Assembly: GCA_045613785.1 (NCBI GenBank)
Contig: JAZLBQ010000026.1
Coordinates: forward strand, 12,697-76,696
Length of the DNA stretch: 64,000 nucleotides
DNA from: Candidatus Enterousia sp.
Lineage (GTDB): Bacteria > Pseudomonadota > Alphaproteobacteria > Rs-D84
Direction: 5' to 3'
Shown here: piece after piece, positions 8,835-18,929 of the stretch
Position numbering within the stretch: the first letter of the stretch is position 1
Layout: every line of letters begins with the position of its first letter
Position numbers and translations under genes: made by a program
Notes under the pieces: generated by a model
The model's input: only the letters and a program-made list of their open reading frames with translations
Databases searched by the model: none
What the model was told of the DNA's origin: nothing

Positions 8835-11345
8835 ATCTTTTGCTCTTTTCAAATCATCAAACGCCTGATATTTCTTATCGCTTGTTTCATAGTATTCATA
8901 TCCTGCATTTCCTGCCGAATACATATTAAACAACTCTGTTGTTTTATTGACTGCGGCATCTATCATTTGTTGTGTTTGCTCTTTATCATAATTGATAACA
9001 CGTGCATCACCATTTTTTAACTGCAAGAACTTCATCACAGGTGTTTTAGACAATTCTGTTGTTTCGATTGGAAATCCATCTGTTTGCAGGATATAAGCCT
9101 CTAATGGTAATTGTGGCATATTGCCCTGCTCTAATTGACTTTTTGATGGTGCAGAACCTGTTTTAATATCCATCACCACCCCGTCCCAGAATCTATCTGC
9201 CTTGGCACGAACTGTTCGTCCAGCAATTTTTACACTACCCTCTTTTTCAATTCCTGGGTTTTGAATATCTTTCAGTGCCTCGGACACCACGGGTGCTATT
9301 TCATAAAACCGCTTTCGCCAGAAATGAAACAACACACTATTTGTTCCCAGCAATTCACGAGCCTTATTCTCCATTTGAGCCGCCAACACATCAGGATTCC
9401 AATCGGTTGCATCTTCGATAACCTTGTGAACCAGATTTCCAAAATCACGTCCATCGACCCCGACCCAATAATCGTCCAATACCCTCAGTCTTAAAATATG
9501 CTTTACATAAAAAGCGTATGGATTATGAATTAAATATTCCAGTTCTGTCACATATACATCAGACCAATCTGCTGGTGGTGTTGGCACAGAATAATCCAAA
9601 CTCTGCATTTTCACATTATCTAATTTTGCCACGGCCTGTGTAATATCTTTATTTCTGTCAAACTTTCCTTTGGCCACAATCACACGTGAAATAAATCTAG
9701 ACTCGGCGGTTTGCACCCCACCTGAAACAGTGCTTCGCAGCCACCAAACCTGTGAACCACAGGACAGATTCATAAAATCCAACGACTGCAACGAAACCTT
9801 GCGGTCAGGCGACGGCAATCCAATTTTTTCAGCCAAATGCCAGGGCAGCCAGGCATTTTCATAACCACGTGCCGGAAACATTCCATCATTTAGTCCTGTT
9901 AAAATCACAACATCTGCGGTCTGCATTCTGGATTCGATTGTTCCCAGCACAACGACCTGTGCTTTATCGTCCATAACCCCACGCACAGACACATTTGATA
10001 TGGCATCTAAAACAAAAGCACGTGCATCAACCAGACTCAACTGCACACCAATTGCAGCCAACGCATCTGAAACCTTTTTAATTTCAATCCATATCTGCAC
10101 AGATGTTGCATCGTCCACCACAAAGTTCGGTGTAAATTCCGCCTGATGTTTTTGAACAATCAAAGAAATCGTATCAAATAAATTGTGTTTGCATTCTGCA
10201 CAAATTTCATCAAATTCATTTGAAGACGTTTCAATCCATCCATCAATCATATTCAGCAACGCCCGCCCTGTTGCGGTCATTGTTCCTGGGACACCACCTG
10301 AAAAATCAGCCTTTATTCCCCGACTTGCCAATTCTGTTGCAATACGTTGATTTCCGGCTGCGTCAGGTGTTATAACTAAAACTGTTTTATTTTCATCTAA
10401 TGCCCTTTGTGCAATTTCTGCAACGGCTGCAGCCTCGACTGATTCACGTGAACATTCGACCAAATGACAGTGCGACAAATCTACATCACTATTCATCACT
10501 GAAACATCATTTCCAAAAGCCTTATTCATAAAATCAATTGCAGATGGTCCAACATCAATCGGCACAACATCATCAGCCTCTAAGCCCAGTCTTGATAAAA
10601 ATTTATATTCAGAATTATATGGATTTGTATTTAATTGAAAATCCTGAACACGCCCCGATATTTTTCCAGACAAAATTATTCGTCCATGTGGTTGCTTGGC
10701 AATTTCAACCATCAAATCAGCTGTCGCTGGAACACTAGCAGTTGACGCACAAACAACAACCAATTTATATCGATTCAAATAATCTTTCCAACGACGAATA
10801 TCCCTATTTTTAGCCATTGCAGATGTCAATCTTCCGCCTGCATAATCATTCATAAAAGTTGACATTATGCTTAAAAATCTGGCCTTATTTTGAAAATGTC
10901 GTGCATACTTTTCATCAACCAATCCCGCCCAGTCAACAGTTGCAACATCAATTCCTTCATTTTCCAGATAATCGCACATACGCACTAAATCTCGTGCCAA
11001 TGTCAAAGCAGTTGTCCAGTTTCCAACACTTGCATCTGCGACCAGCAATCTAGCCATTAAAACAATACGTTCAGTATTTGAAATAATATCCCTAGAACGA
11101 ATATCTTCCCAGTCTTCATCATTTGGGTTATCAACCCCTTCCCCCAGCGCAACCAACTGTGGCAAAATCACAGCACCACCAGACTTTTGCACAATCATTT
11201 TTTCGACTGTTCGCACAGCACGACGACTGGGCAAGAAAATCAGCATATCTGCCAACGCCACCCCAGAAGCACTGATAAGTTTCCACAACGCCTCTGAAAT
11301 CTTGGCAGGATTAGTTGCGTAAAAAACGCTATGATTATTTGACAC
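8832..11345 (-). CDS. addB: AddB-like double-strand break repair protein (PD-(D/E)XK helicase-nuclease family)
   Basis: 837 aa. The N-terminus ADMLIFLPSRRAVRTVEKM resembles alphaproteobacterial AddB. No addA was seen adjacent. Confidence 0.5.
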   Translation of the reverse strand: MSNNHSVFYATNPAKISEALWKLISASGVALADMLIFLPSRRAVRTVEKMIVQKSGGAVILPQLVALGEGVDNPNDEDWEDIRSRDIISNTERIVLMARLLVADASVGNWTTALTLARDLVRMCDYLENEGIDVATVDWAGLVDEKYARHFQNKARFLSIMSTFMNDYAGGRLTSAMAKNRDIRRWKDYLNRYKLVVVCASTASVPATADLMVEIAKQPHGRIILSGKISGRVQDFQLNTNPYNSEYKFLSRLGLEADDVVPIDVGPSAIDFMNKAFGNDVSVMNSDVDLSHCHLVECSRESVEAAAVAEIAQRALDENKTVLVITPDAAGNQRIATELASRGIKADFSGGVPGTMTATGRALLNMIDGWIETSSNEFDEICAECKHNLFDTISLIVQKHQAEFTPNFVVDDATSVQIWIEIKKVSDALAAIGVQLSLVDARAFVLDAISNVSVRGVMDDKAQVVVLGTIESRMQTADVVILTGLNDGMFPARGYENAWLPWHLAEKIGLPSPDRKVSLQSLDFMNLSCGSQVWWLRSTVSGGVQTAESRFISRVIVAKGKFDRNKDITQAVAKLDNVKMQSLDYSVPTPPADWSDVYVTELEYLIHNPYAFYVKHILRLRVLDDYWVGVDGRDFGNLVHKVIEDATDWNPDVLAAQMENKARELLGTNSVLFHFWRKRFYEIAPVVSEALKDIQNPGIEKEGSVKIAGRTVRAKADRFWDGVVMDIKTGSAPSKSQLEQGNMPQLPLEAYILQTDGFPIETTELSKTPVMKFLQLKNGDARVINYDKEQTQQMIDAAVNKTTELFNMYSAGNAGYEYYETSDKKYQAFDDLKRAKD

Positions 11346-11895
11346 CCAACGTTTCCTTTATTTTTTCCAAACCTGTTTTCTTTTCTGCAGACGTCATTAA
11401 AACTTCTGGCAACATTGCTCCATGTTCAGTATGCAGAATTTCGATCTGTTTAGTTTCACGAACTTTTTTATCTTTTTTTGTGTAAACAATCTGATAAGGG
11501 ATTGCATTTGCATCGCAAAAATCCATCAAATCCAAATCAGCATCTTTTGCACCAATTCGTGAATCAATCAATATAAACAGACGCTTTAATTGACTTCTGC
11601 TCAACAAATATTCTTCTAAACGTTTCAGCCATCTCATTGCATCGACTTTGGACACTTTGGCATAACCATAGCCCGGCAAATCAACAATCATCACCCTATC
11701 GTCCAGATTAAACAGATTTAAACTTTGTGTTCGCCCAGGGGTATTAGACGTTCGTGCAACAGGCGTTCCGACGACTGCATTTATCAACGACGACTTTCCA
11801 ACATTACTACGTCCAATAAAAGCATATTCTGCGAATTGCGTCTTGGGCAACGACTTTACTGTTTCGAAACTGCCAACAAATTTAATCATCTGCAC
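11335..11895 (-). CDS. engB: ribosome biogenesis GTP-binding protein YihA/EngB
   Basis: 186 aa; FIGRSNVGKSSLINA, DLPGYGYAKV. Confidence 0.9.
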   Translation of the reverse strand: MQMIKFVGSFETVKSLPKTQFAEYAFIGRSNVGKSSLINAVVGTPVARTSNTPGRTQSLNLFNLDDRVMIVDLPGYGYAKVSKVDAMRWLKRLEEYLLSRSQLKRLFILIDSRIGAKDADLDLMDFCDANAIPYQIVYTKKDKKVRETKQIEILHTEHGAMLPEVLMTSAEKKTGLEKIKETLGVK

Positions 11896-12682
11896 CCTCT
11901 TTTTCTAGCAAGCGTTTATAAGCTTCTTTTTTTGAAATTCCTGTCATTTTTGCTAAATCTGCCGCTGCGGATTTCATCGAAGTCAATGCGATATCATTGA
12001 CAATTTTTGATATTTCATCATCAGTCATTTTAACTTCTGGTCGTGGTGCGACGACTATAACGATTTCGCCACGTGGCGGAGTAATATTCATCAATTCCGC
12101 CGGATAGCCTATAATAGTTTCTTCATAGATTTTAGTAATTTCACGAACAATTGCAATTTTTCGTTCTGGCATAACCCGTGCCATATGTTCGATTGTTGCC
12201 ATAATTCTATTTGGGCTTTCATAGTAAATAATTGTATGCGGTATTTTATTATCATCACGCAGTTTTTTTTCATCAAAGAATCCACAAAATGTAAATCTGT
12301 CTGTTGGGAATCCGCTCAGAACCAATGCACTAATTGCTGCCACAGGCCCTGGCACAACAAAGACAGGCAGTCCTGCCTCTCGTGCTGCCCTGACGATACG
12401 AAACCCAGGATCAGAAATACCAGGCATACCCGCATCACTAACTGTTGCGACTGCCATACCGGACTGAATTTTTTCAATAATTCCTGGCACTGCATCACGT
12501 TCATTATGTTCGTGCAAAGAAATCCGCTTTGTTTTTATATCAAAATGACTGGCCAATTTGCCAAAGACCCGTGTATCTTCTGCGGTAATCAAATCAACAT
12601 TTTGCAAAACTTCTATTGCCCGTGGCGACATATCCGCCAAATTTCCTATTGGAGTTCCAACAATGTAAAGCCCTGATTGCAT
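11882..12682 (-). CDS. rsmI: 16S rRNA (cytidine1402-2'-O)-methyltransferase RsmI
   Basis: 266 aa; LYIVGTPIGNLADMSPRA...ITAEDTR. Divergent from an lpoA-like gene, as in E. coli rsmI-lpoA. Confidence 0.9.
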   Translation of the reverse strand: MQSGLYIVGTPIGNLADMSPRAIEVLQNVDLITAEDTRVFGKLASHFDIKTKRISLHEHNERDAVPGIIEKIQSGMAVATVSDAGMPGISDPGFRIVRAAREAGLPVFVVPGPVAAISALVLSGFPTDRFTFCGFFDEKKLRDDNKIPHTIIYYESPNRIMATIEHMARVMPERKIAIVREITKIYEETIIGYPAELMNITPPRGEIVIVVAPRPEVKMTDDEISKIVNDIALTSMKSAAADLAKMTGISKKEAYKRLLEKEGADD

Positions 12683-12703
12683 TAAAAATCCTTTTATAGT
12701 AAA

Positions 12704-14350
12704 ATGATACAGAATAAAATGGATTTTTCAATGTATATAAACAGAATTTTTGCATATTTAACAACTGCCGTTATCCTGGCTGGCTGTGCTGGCACTGACA
12801 ACCAAGACACCACATCAATCGATTGGTTTGATGCCCACGACGCAATGCAGACAGGCACACCAACATTGATGTATGGCCAACTATCTGACGGCTATGGAAC
12901 ACTTGAATCAACCTCTGACGATTCTGAACACACAATCGCAGTCCTATTGCCACTATCTGGTCAAAATGCATCTGTTGGAAAAACGATACGCACTTCGGTT
13001 GAAGCAGCAGTTTTAAAGAACGCACCAAAAAATCTGTCAGTCTTATTTTATGACACATCTGAAAACCTGCCTGAAACAATCAACACGGCTCTATCAGAGA
13101 ATCCAGAAATTATTGTAGGCCCTGTATTTTCCGACTCGGTCAAGACACTAGCCCAACAAAAGCCTGCAAACCTGCCGGTTATATCATTTACATCTGATGC
13201 ATCAGCCCTGGGCGATGGTATTTTAACAATGAACCTTATGCCAACAAATGGCGTTGAAACAATCGTCCACCAGATGAAGGCAGACAATACAAATCAGTTT
13301 GTAATTCTAGCACCAAATACAACATCTGGAAAATTATTGGCAGGCACTGCAAAAAACGCTGCCCAGATATATGAATTACCACTGTCTGGAATAATCTATT
13401 ATACCCCTGGCGACCCCGACTCTATTAAAACCGCCAGTCAAAGTGCCGCAATGCACAACGCCCGCACAGCGGCTCACACTCGTGCCCGCCAGGTATTATC
13501 TGATATTTTAATAAACGAACGCTTGACTGCATTGGAACGCAGCAGTCTAAACACTCAACTGGAAAAACTGTCTAAAACAGAAACCGTTGGTCGTGTTCCT
13601 TATGACGCTGTCCTATTCCTAGGCAATGGCGATGACACAAAATCATTAGCATCATACTTACGCTATTTTGATGTTCCTGCAAATAGCACAAAATTCTATG
13701 GCACAACAATGTGGGACGGCTCTGACATAACATCTGACCTGACAATGTCTGGGGCAAAATTCGCAACATTGCCTGACACAGCCCCTGAATTTATCAAGAT
13801 TTATGAACAGATTTCAGGCACACAACCTGACAAACTAGCATCATTTGGCTATGATGCCGCCAACCTTGCAATTGGAATGATTTATTCTGATAAATCAACC
13901 GCTGCATACCTACTAGACCCCAGCGGTTATATCGGCAGCAACGGCTTATTCCGTATACAACCAACAGGTGCATCTGAACACGCCTTGCGTATTGTTCAGT
14001 TAAACGGCACAGGAACACCGATTGAAATCAAATCTGCCCCAACAGACTTTCAATCACCATTGTATAACATCGAACAGCGGCACATAACACCTGCCCCTGC
14101 AATGGCTTTGGAAACCCCTGGCATTGACCCAGACAATTACGTAAAACTGCCTGAACGCCTACGCAGCAAATACCGCAGCAAAACCATTGGGACAAACATT
14201 TCCATTGCCCCAACAGTCCGCAAAAGTGAAATTGTTGCGATTCTCCCCGAAGACGACAGCGACACAATTCAATCAGAAAACTATACACCCGTAAAACTAG
14301 AATCTGTCTCACGCAGTTATATCGAAGAATACGAAATCTACGAAGACTAA
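12704..14350 (+). CDS. lpoA: LpoA-like penicillin-binding protein activator lipoprotein
   Basis: Lipobox LAGC, a periplasmic ligand-binding-type fold, and conserved divergent synteny with rsmI. Confidence 0.6.
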   Translation: MIQNKMDFSMYINRIFAYLTTAVILAGCAGTDNQDTTSIDWFDAHDAMQTGTPTLMYGQLSDGYGTLESTSDDSEHTIAVLLPLSGQNASVGKTIRTSVEAAVLKNAPKNLSVLFYDTSENLPETINTALSENPEIIVGPVFSDSVKTLAQQKPANLPVISFTSDASALGDGILTMNLMPTNGVETIVHQMKADNTNQFVILAPNTTSGKLLAGTAKNAAQIYELPLSGIIYYTPGDPDSIKTASQSAAMHNARTAAHTRARQVLSDILINERLTALERSSLNTQLEKLSKTETVGRVPYDAVLFLGNGDDTKSLASYLRYFDVPANSTKFYGTTMWDGSDITSDLTMSGAKFATLPDTAPEFIKIYEQISGTQPDKLASFGYDAANLAIGMIYSDKSTAAYLLDPSGYIGSNGLFRIQPTGASEHALRIVQLNGTGTPIEIKSAPTDFQSPLYNIEQRHITPAPAMALETPGIDPDNYVKLPERLRSKYRSKTIGTNISIAPTVRKSEIVAILPEDDSDTIQSENYTPVKLESVSRSYIEEYEIYED

Positions 14351-14371
14351 CGGAAAAACCTATACAATTTA

Positions 14372-14399
14372 CCCCCAAAAAAAACGGGGGTGTTTTTTT
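14372..14399. terminator. rho-independent terminator (bidirectional hairpin)
   Basis: acccccaaaaaaaacgggggtgttttttt. Confidence 0.7.
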
Positions 14400-14523
14400 G
14401 ACAAACAAAATAAAAAAATACCCACATAGCGTGGGTCGGGAGTATGCTTGCACTAATCGAACAGAAAACAAACAAGAATTTTCCAATTTAATGCAACTGG
14501 TAAAAGAGTTTAAAGAGAAATGG

Positions 14524-15531
14524 TTAATATCTTGATTTTTTTAATTGATTAAATAATTCGTATTCTATTCCATAGGAACTGATTTCTGTTGCGGATTTAT
14601 GGTATGCTTTGTCGTTTATATGAGCAGGTACATACGTAGCACGATCAATATACTGAATTTGTGGTCCCAATGCACCTTGGCGTGGTTTTTGATAATCTAA
14701 TGCATGGTGTATTTCGTGTGCTAATACGCTAACCATGCTATAAAAGAAATCGTTTTTATCTGGATGATGTTTTTTTACGTTCGTGATATTTACACGTACA
14801 ACTGATGATTTATATGCGTTTGGGTGTTTTTCTAGATCTTTGAGAAATTCATCCAAAAGTTCTTTCTTTTCTGTTTCGGATATATTTGATGGAAAAGTTA
14901 TGCTATAGGCGTGCGTGTGAAAACCATCGGTAACATCGTATCTGCCATTTGGTTTTACATCAGAATTTTCCCAATCAGTTATGACTTTTGAATCAATATA
15001 GCAGTCATATTCTTTGCAAAAATCTTTAGTTAAGGCATTAAATAAAGCATTATAAGCATCGATTATGCTACTTTCATCAGCCTCACGAGCAGCCACAACC
15101 AAATCTTTATGATTGTTTAATCTGCGTATCCAATCGGCAGAAAATTGTTTAGCCAATATGTATATATTTACTGTTCCTGCTTTGAATTTATCGCGTATTT
15201 TTTCTGGATTTTCATTGTTTTTGAACATTTGACTTAATTCTCTGTCGAATGTATCAAATTCACCTTTTATATAATTCAAATCCTTACTAACAGCGAACAA
15301 TGTAATAGGCAAATTTTTTGGCCTGTATTGATCCAATGAAATCGCTTTTGTAATTTTTGTGACCAATTCATCCGGTGAAAATTTGGTTAATAACCTGTTG
15401 GCAAAACCATCAATATCATTCATTTGTTTAAGTATACTATCTTTTTCATTTTGGTTTTTGGCGGCTTTATATTGTTTTAACAAATCAATGGTTTGTAATG
15501 CAGAGTTTATTTCAAGATTTTCATTATCCAT
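14524..15531 (-). CDS. hypothetical protein with HExxH zinc-metalloprotease motif
   Basis: 335 aa with no signal peptide; the VLAHEIHHALDY motif sits near the C-terminus. Confidence 0.5.
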   Translation of the reverse strand: MDNENLEINSALQTIDLLKQYKAAKNQNEKDSILKQMNDIDGFANRLLTKFSPDELVTKITKAISLDQYRPKNLPITLFAVSKDLNYIKGEFDTFDRELSQMFKNNENPEKIRDKFKAGTVNIYILAKQFSADWIRRLNNHKDLVVAAREADESSIIDAYNALFNALTKDFCKEYDCYIDSKVITDWENSDVKPNGRYDVTDGFHTHAYSITFPSNISETEKKELLDEFLKDLEKHPNAYKSSVVRVNITNVKKHHPDKNDFFYSMVSVLAHEIHHALDYQKPRQGALGPQIQYIDRATYVPAHINDKAYHKSATEISSYGIEYELFNQLKKSRY

Positions 15532-15740
15532 ATTAAATTCCTTTGCGTGAATTATATCATAAAGCTTTGTATATTAAAATTATATATAGAGAGGGAGGAT
15601 CCGAACGGGGCAAACCATTGGAAATCTTGACTGTTCGAAGATTGGTAAAATTTAGTGTTTTTTAGATATGATTTTTTCGAACAAGTAAAAGCATTGGAAA
15701 TCTAAAAGAAAACCGCACTTTAATGGTGCGGTGTATCTTT

Positions 15741-15827
15741 TGGTGGGAGTGGCTGGATTCGAACCAGCTCAGGCTTAAGCCAACAGATTTACAGTCTGCC
15801 CCGGCTCTCCAACTCCGGCGCACGCCC
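15741..15827 (-). tRNA. tRNA-Tyr (GTA), type II with long variable arm
   Basis: Reverse complement GGGCGTGCGCCGGAGTTGGAGAGCCGGGGCAGACTGTAAATCTG...CCACCA; anticodon loop CTGTAAA. Confidence 0.85.
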
Positions 15828-15833
15828 AATCCT

Positions 15834-15907
15834 TGGTGCGGGCAGCGGGAATCGAACCCGCATTTCAAGCTTGGAAGGCTTGCATACTAGCCTTTGTACT
15901 ATGCCCG
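15834..15907 (-). tRNA. tRNA-Gly (TCC)
   Basis: Reverse complement GCGGGCATAGTACAAAGGCTAGTATGCAAGCCTTCCAAGCTTGAAATGCGGGTTCGATTCCCGCTGCCCGCACCA. Confidence 0.85.
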
Positions 15908-16010
15908 CAACAAAATCAAAGCCATCTGATTATATACGAAATGAAAACAAAATCAAGAACAAAGTAAAAGAAGAATAAAAATAAATTCCTGCCCCACCCA
16001 AATCCTGAGT

Positions 16011-16120
16011 TTAATGAAATTAAATAGAATGATTTAGATGCGGACAGTGCCGTCCCCGCAGTGTCCACAAGCGACATAAGGGAACGGCACCGTTCGCAGA
16101 TGAATTATTATATTTAATTT
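16011..16120. repeat. MITE-like palindromic element, copy 3
   Basis: About 95% identical to copy 1. Its right TIR supplies the TAA stop of the 80-aa Cys-rich gene. Confidence 0.8.
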
Positions 16121-16361
16121 ACCGCAATGGCGGGAAACAATCACCCCCCACTTCCGGACAACAGTTAAATCCTAAATCAGCCATGTCGGTATATACTTCA
16201 CCTGGACAACAACCATATTTATCTGGTTGTGCACCATAATCACAGACCGGCATATCACTAGGACGCATTGCATCACGATTAGCCCCTGTTAAAACACCAA
16301 AAGCAAAGCCTACAAAAAAAGCAATTACAACTGAAACTATTGAACAGATGTTTTTCTTCAT
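16119..16361 (-). CDS. small secreted cysteine-rich protein (six-Cys C-terminal module)
   Basis: 80 aa with signal peptide MKKNICSIVSVVIAFFVGFAFG; C-terminal module CDYGAQPDKYGCCPGEVYTDMADLGFNCCPEVGGDCFPP. Confidence 0.6.
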   Translation of the reverse strand: MKKNICSIVSVVIAFFVGFAFGVLTGANRDAMRPSDMPVCDYGAQPDKYGCCPGEVYTDMADLGFNCCPEVGGDCFPPLR

Positions 16362-16382
16362 CTTTACGCCCTTTGTCTTGTG

Positions 16383-16970
16383 TTACTGTTGTTTAAATGG
16401 TGGGAAACATTCATTGCCACCGTCTTTTGGGCAACATGCAAAAACGGCATTTCCCAAATCTCTGAATATTTCATCGCCACAGCAACCAAATTTATTTGGC
16501 TTTGAACCATCTGCACAAAGCCCTGCATCTAAATTGGCTAATTCCTTTTCAACTTCGGCCTGAATCTTGGCATTTTCTGCTGCGATTTTTTCTTCTTCAG
16601 TCATCGTATCTTCTGGAGCTACTTCTTCTGCACTTGCAACTTCTTCGGCCTTAACCTCTTCTTCTGTGGTTGAATTTTCTGGATTTTCTTCAACCTCTTG
16701 TGCTTTTTCCTCTGTTTCAATCACAACCATAGACGTCGCACTAGAACGTCTTGATGCAGCAACCTTGGCACATTTGCGACGATAATCCGCCTTTAACTTG
16801 GTTAGTTCTGCAATTATTTCATCATCAGGATCCACAATCTGCACCAATTCAGTAATTTTGTTTTGAATATCAACACAAGTCAAACGCTGAGAAACATTAA
16901 CTGTTGACACATCATCAGCCCATGCATTTATTGCAAAAATACAGCCGAACAAGACAATTAGTTTTTTCAT
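16383..16970 (-). CDS. secreted acidic protein with the same six-Cys C-terminal module
   Basis: 195 aa with signal peptide MKKLIVLFGCIFAINAWA and a Glu-rich linker; C-terminal module CADGSKPNKFGCCGDEIFRDLGNAVFACCPKDGGNECFPP, paralogous to 16119..16361. Confidence 0.6.
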   Translation of the reverse strand: MKKLIVLFGCIFAINAWADDVSTVNVSQRLTCVDIQNKITELVQIVDPDDEIIAELTKLKADYRRKCAKVAASRRSSATSMVVIETEEKAQEVEENPENSTTEEEVKAEEVASAEEVAPEDTMTEEEKIAAENAKIQAEVEKELANLDAGLCADGSKPNKFGCCGDEIFRDLGNAVFACCPKDGGNECFPPFKQQ

Positions 16971-16978
16971 TTTTTTTC

Positions 16979-17515
16979 CTATTGTTCATTGATTATTTTT
17001 TCGACTTCCAAGATAAAATCAATCGCAGGTGCAGTCAGTTTTTTCGCAGTTTCGAATATTTCTTCGGCTGCCATCTGCATATTCAAACGTTTATACGTTT
17101 CAACAACTTCGATTGTATCTTCTTGACTAAATTCATCATCTGTTATTGCCCGTGCAATTTCCAGTTCTTGCTTTGCCAATTCAACATACTTTTCAGAGTT
17201 TTCCGCACATCCCCGTTCGGACAAATTAGCATAGATTTTTGCACGCATAATTCTGTCATCAGAAATAGTATTTTCTGCTGGCAATTTTTCCAACAATAAC
17301 TCTTCTACAATGACACAAGTTGGTTTTGGTTCTATCTGAATTTCTGGCACAGGGTTTGTTGTTTCTTCGACCTCTGCTGCAATAACTTTTTTTGAACTAC
17401 TGAACCCCAGTCCAACCATTATACCACATACAAACAATGCAAGCAGTCCCATAATTCCCCAGAATTTTTGAGCCTTGGTATGAACAATTTTATATTGTTG
17501 TTTTTGTTTTTTCAT
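16979..17515 (-). CDS. hypothetical single-pass membrane protein
   Basis: 178 aa; N-terminal TM GIMGLLALFVCGIMVGLGF, then a predicted helical periplasmic domain. Confidence 0.5.
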   Translation of the reverse strand: MKKQKQQYKIVHTKAQKFWGIMGLLALFVCGIMVGLGFSSSKKVIAAEVEETTNPVPEIQIEPKPTCVIVEELLLEKLPAENTISDDRIMRAKIYANLSERGCAENSEKYVELAKQELEIARAITDDEFSQEDTIEVVETYKRLNMQMAAEEIFETAKKLTAPAIDFILEVEKIINEQ

Positions 17516-17543
17516 TTAACTCTCTCCCTTAGTTTTATTATTG

Positions 17544-18254
17544 TTATTCCACGATTCCGTTGTTGATTGTAATTCTACGATCTGCCCGCTGTGCCAGATT
17601 CATATCATGTGTCACGAACAGCATTGCCATTTTATTCTTGCGTGCTAAATCCAGCAATAAATCGAACACCGCCCCTGCATTATGCGGGTCAAGACTGCCA
17701 GTTGGTTCATCTGCCAACAAAATATCAGGATTGTTTGCCAAGGCTCGTGCCACTGCCGTTCGTTGTTGTTCACCACCACTCATTTCACCAGGATGATGAG
17801 ATGCACGATGTGCAACATTTGCAGCCCGCAACAATTTCATTGCCCTGGCCCTGGCGACATTTTCTTCGACGCCATTTGCCAGCATTGGCAACATGACATT
17901 TTCCAATGCGGTAAAGTCAGCCAACAAATTATGTCGCTGATAAACAAAGCCTATTTTTTTACGACGAACCTGAGTCCTTCTTTCTTCGTCCATTCTTTGA
18001 ACAGGCATACCGTTTATCAAGATACTGCCACCACTTGGCTTGTCCAACAGTCCTACACATTGCAACAAAGTAGATTTTCCTGACCCAGACGAACCAACCA
18101 TTGCAACAATTTCACCACGATGCAAATCAAATCCCCCACCACGCAATATATGCAAAGGCTGTCCGCCTTCGACAAACGTGCGTTTAATATCCCGCACTGA
18201 CATAACCACGTCACCAGACTGTACCTTTGACAAAGACTCTAAAATATTCGCCAT
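17544..18254 (-). CDS. lolD: lipoprotein-releasing ABC transporter ATP-binding protein LolD
   Basis: 236 aa; Walker A GSSGSGKST, signature LSGGEQQR, and high similarity to E. coli LolD along its full length. Confidence 0.85.
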   Translation of the reverse strand: MANILESLSKVQSGDVVMSVRDIKRTFVEGGQPLHILRGGGFDLHRGEIVAMVGSSGSGKSTLLQCVGLLDKPSGGSILINGMPVQRMDEERRTQVRRKKIGFVYQRHNLLADFTALENVMLPMLANGVEENVARARAMKLLRAANVAHRASHHPGEMSGGEQQRTAVARALANNPDILLADEPTGSLDPHNAGAVFDLLLDLARKNKMAMLFVTHDMNLAQRADRRITINNGIVE

Positions 18255-18929
18255 TTATTCCCGCCCATTATTCTTATTTAGTTCTATCTGTGCCACAGCC
18301 TGCTTTAATATATCACGAAATTGTGGCGCAACCACATGCCCAACTCCATACCAAATGCCCTTCAGCGCTTCTTGGGTATCAACATCCATCTGGTCTTTGG
18401 TTCTATTCAGATAATATTCAATATCTTCGGGCGAAAAACCAAAGGCAACCCCATGAATAAAATCCAACTCCAAATTATTTAACAACTTATCTGCATATTG
18501 CGGAAAGTTCTTTTTTGCATCCTGCACTTTTGCTGGCTTTATCGAAACATTTGCCAATTCTGGATTCAGACGCTTTATTTCATCTACATAACGCTTCATC
18601 TGAACACGCCAATTGTCCTTATTTTGCAAAATATAATTTTCTAAATCTGCAATTTCCTGTTCTGAATATCGCGTATCACCAACCACTATTTTACGCACCG
18701 CTTTTTGATAATCTTGCAGTCTGTACATATACCCATATCGCATCATCAAACCAAATGGACTTAATCCATCTGGCAACTTATATTGATAATAAATCTTGAA
18801 TGGTAATTTTACCCCATGCTCCACAAACATCTTTTCTGCATCCAACGCACTAGACTGATACTCGCCCCACTCTGCATTAAATTGTTCCAGCATAATTTTG
18901 TTAAAAAGCAATTCTGTTTTCTTACTCAT
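18255..18929 (-). CDS. hypothetical cytoplasmic protein inserted between lolC and lolD
   Basis: 224 aa with no recognisable motif. Its start overlaps the lolC stop by 8 nt, and its stop TAA directly abuts the lolD ATG (TAAATG). Confidence 0.5.
   Translation of the reverse strand: MSKKTELLFNKIMLEQFNAEWGEYQSSALDAEKMFVEHGVKLPFKIYYQYKLPDGLSPFGLMMRYGYMYRLQDYQKAVRKIVVGDTRYSEQEIADLENYILQNKDNWRVQMKRYVDEIKRLNPELANVSIKPAKVQDAKKNFPQYADKLLNNLELDFIHGVAFGFSPEDIEYYLNRTKDQMDVDTQEALKGIWYGVGHVVAPQFRDILKQAVAQIELNKNNGRE

Noticed and set aside
14028-14486. 152-aa minus ORF overlapping the lpoA 3' end
   Set aside because: Overlaps a supported gene plus a terminator; Cys/Arg-rich nonsense-like translation.
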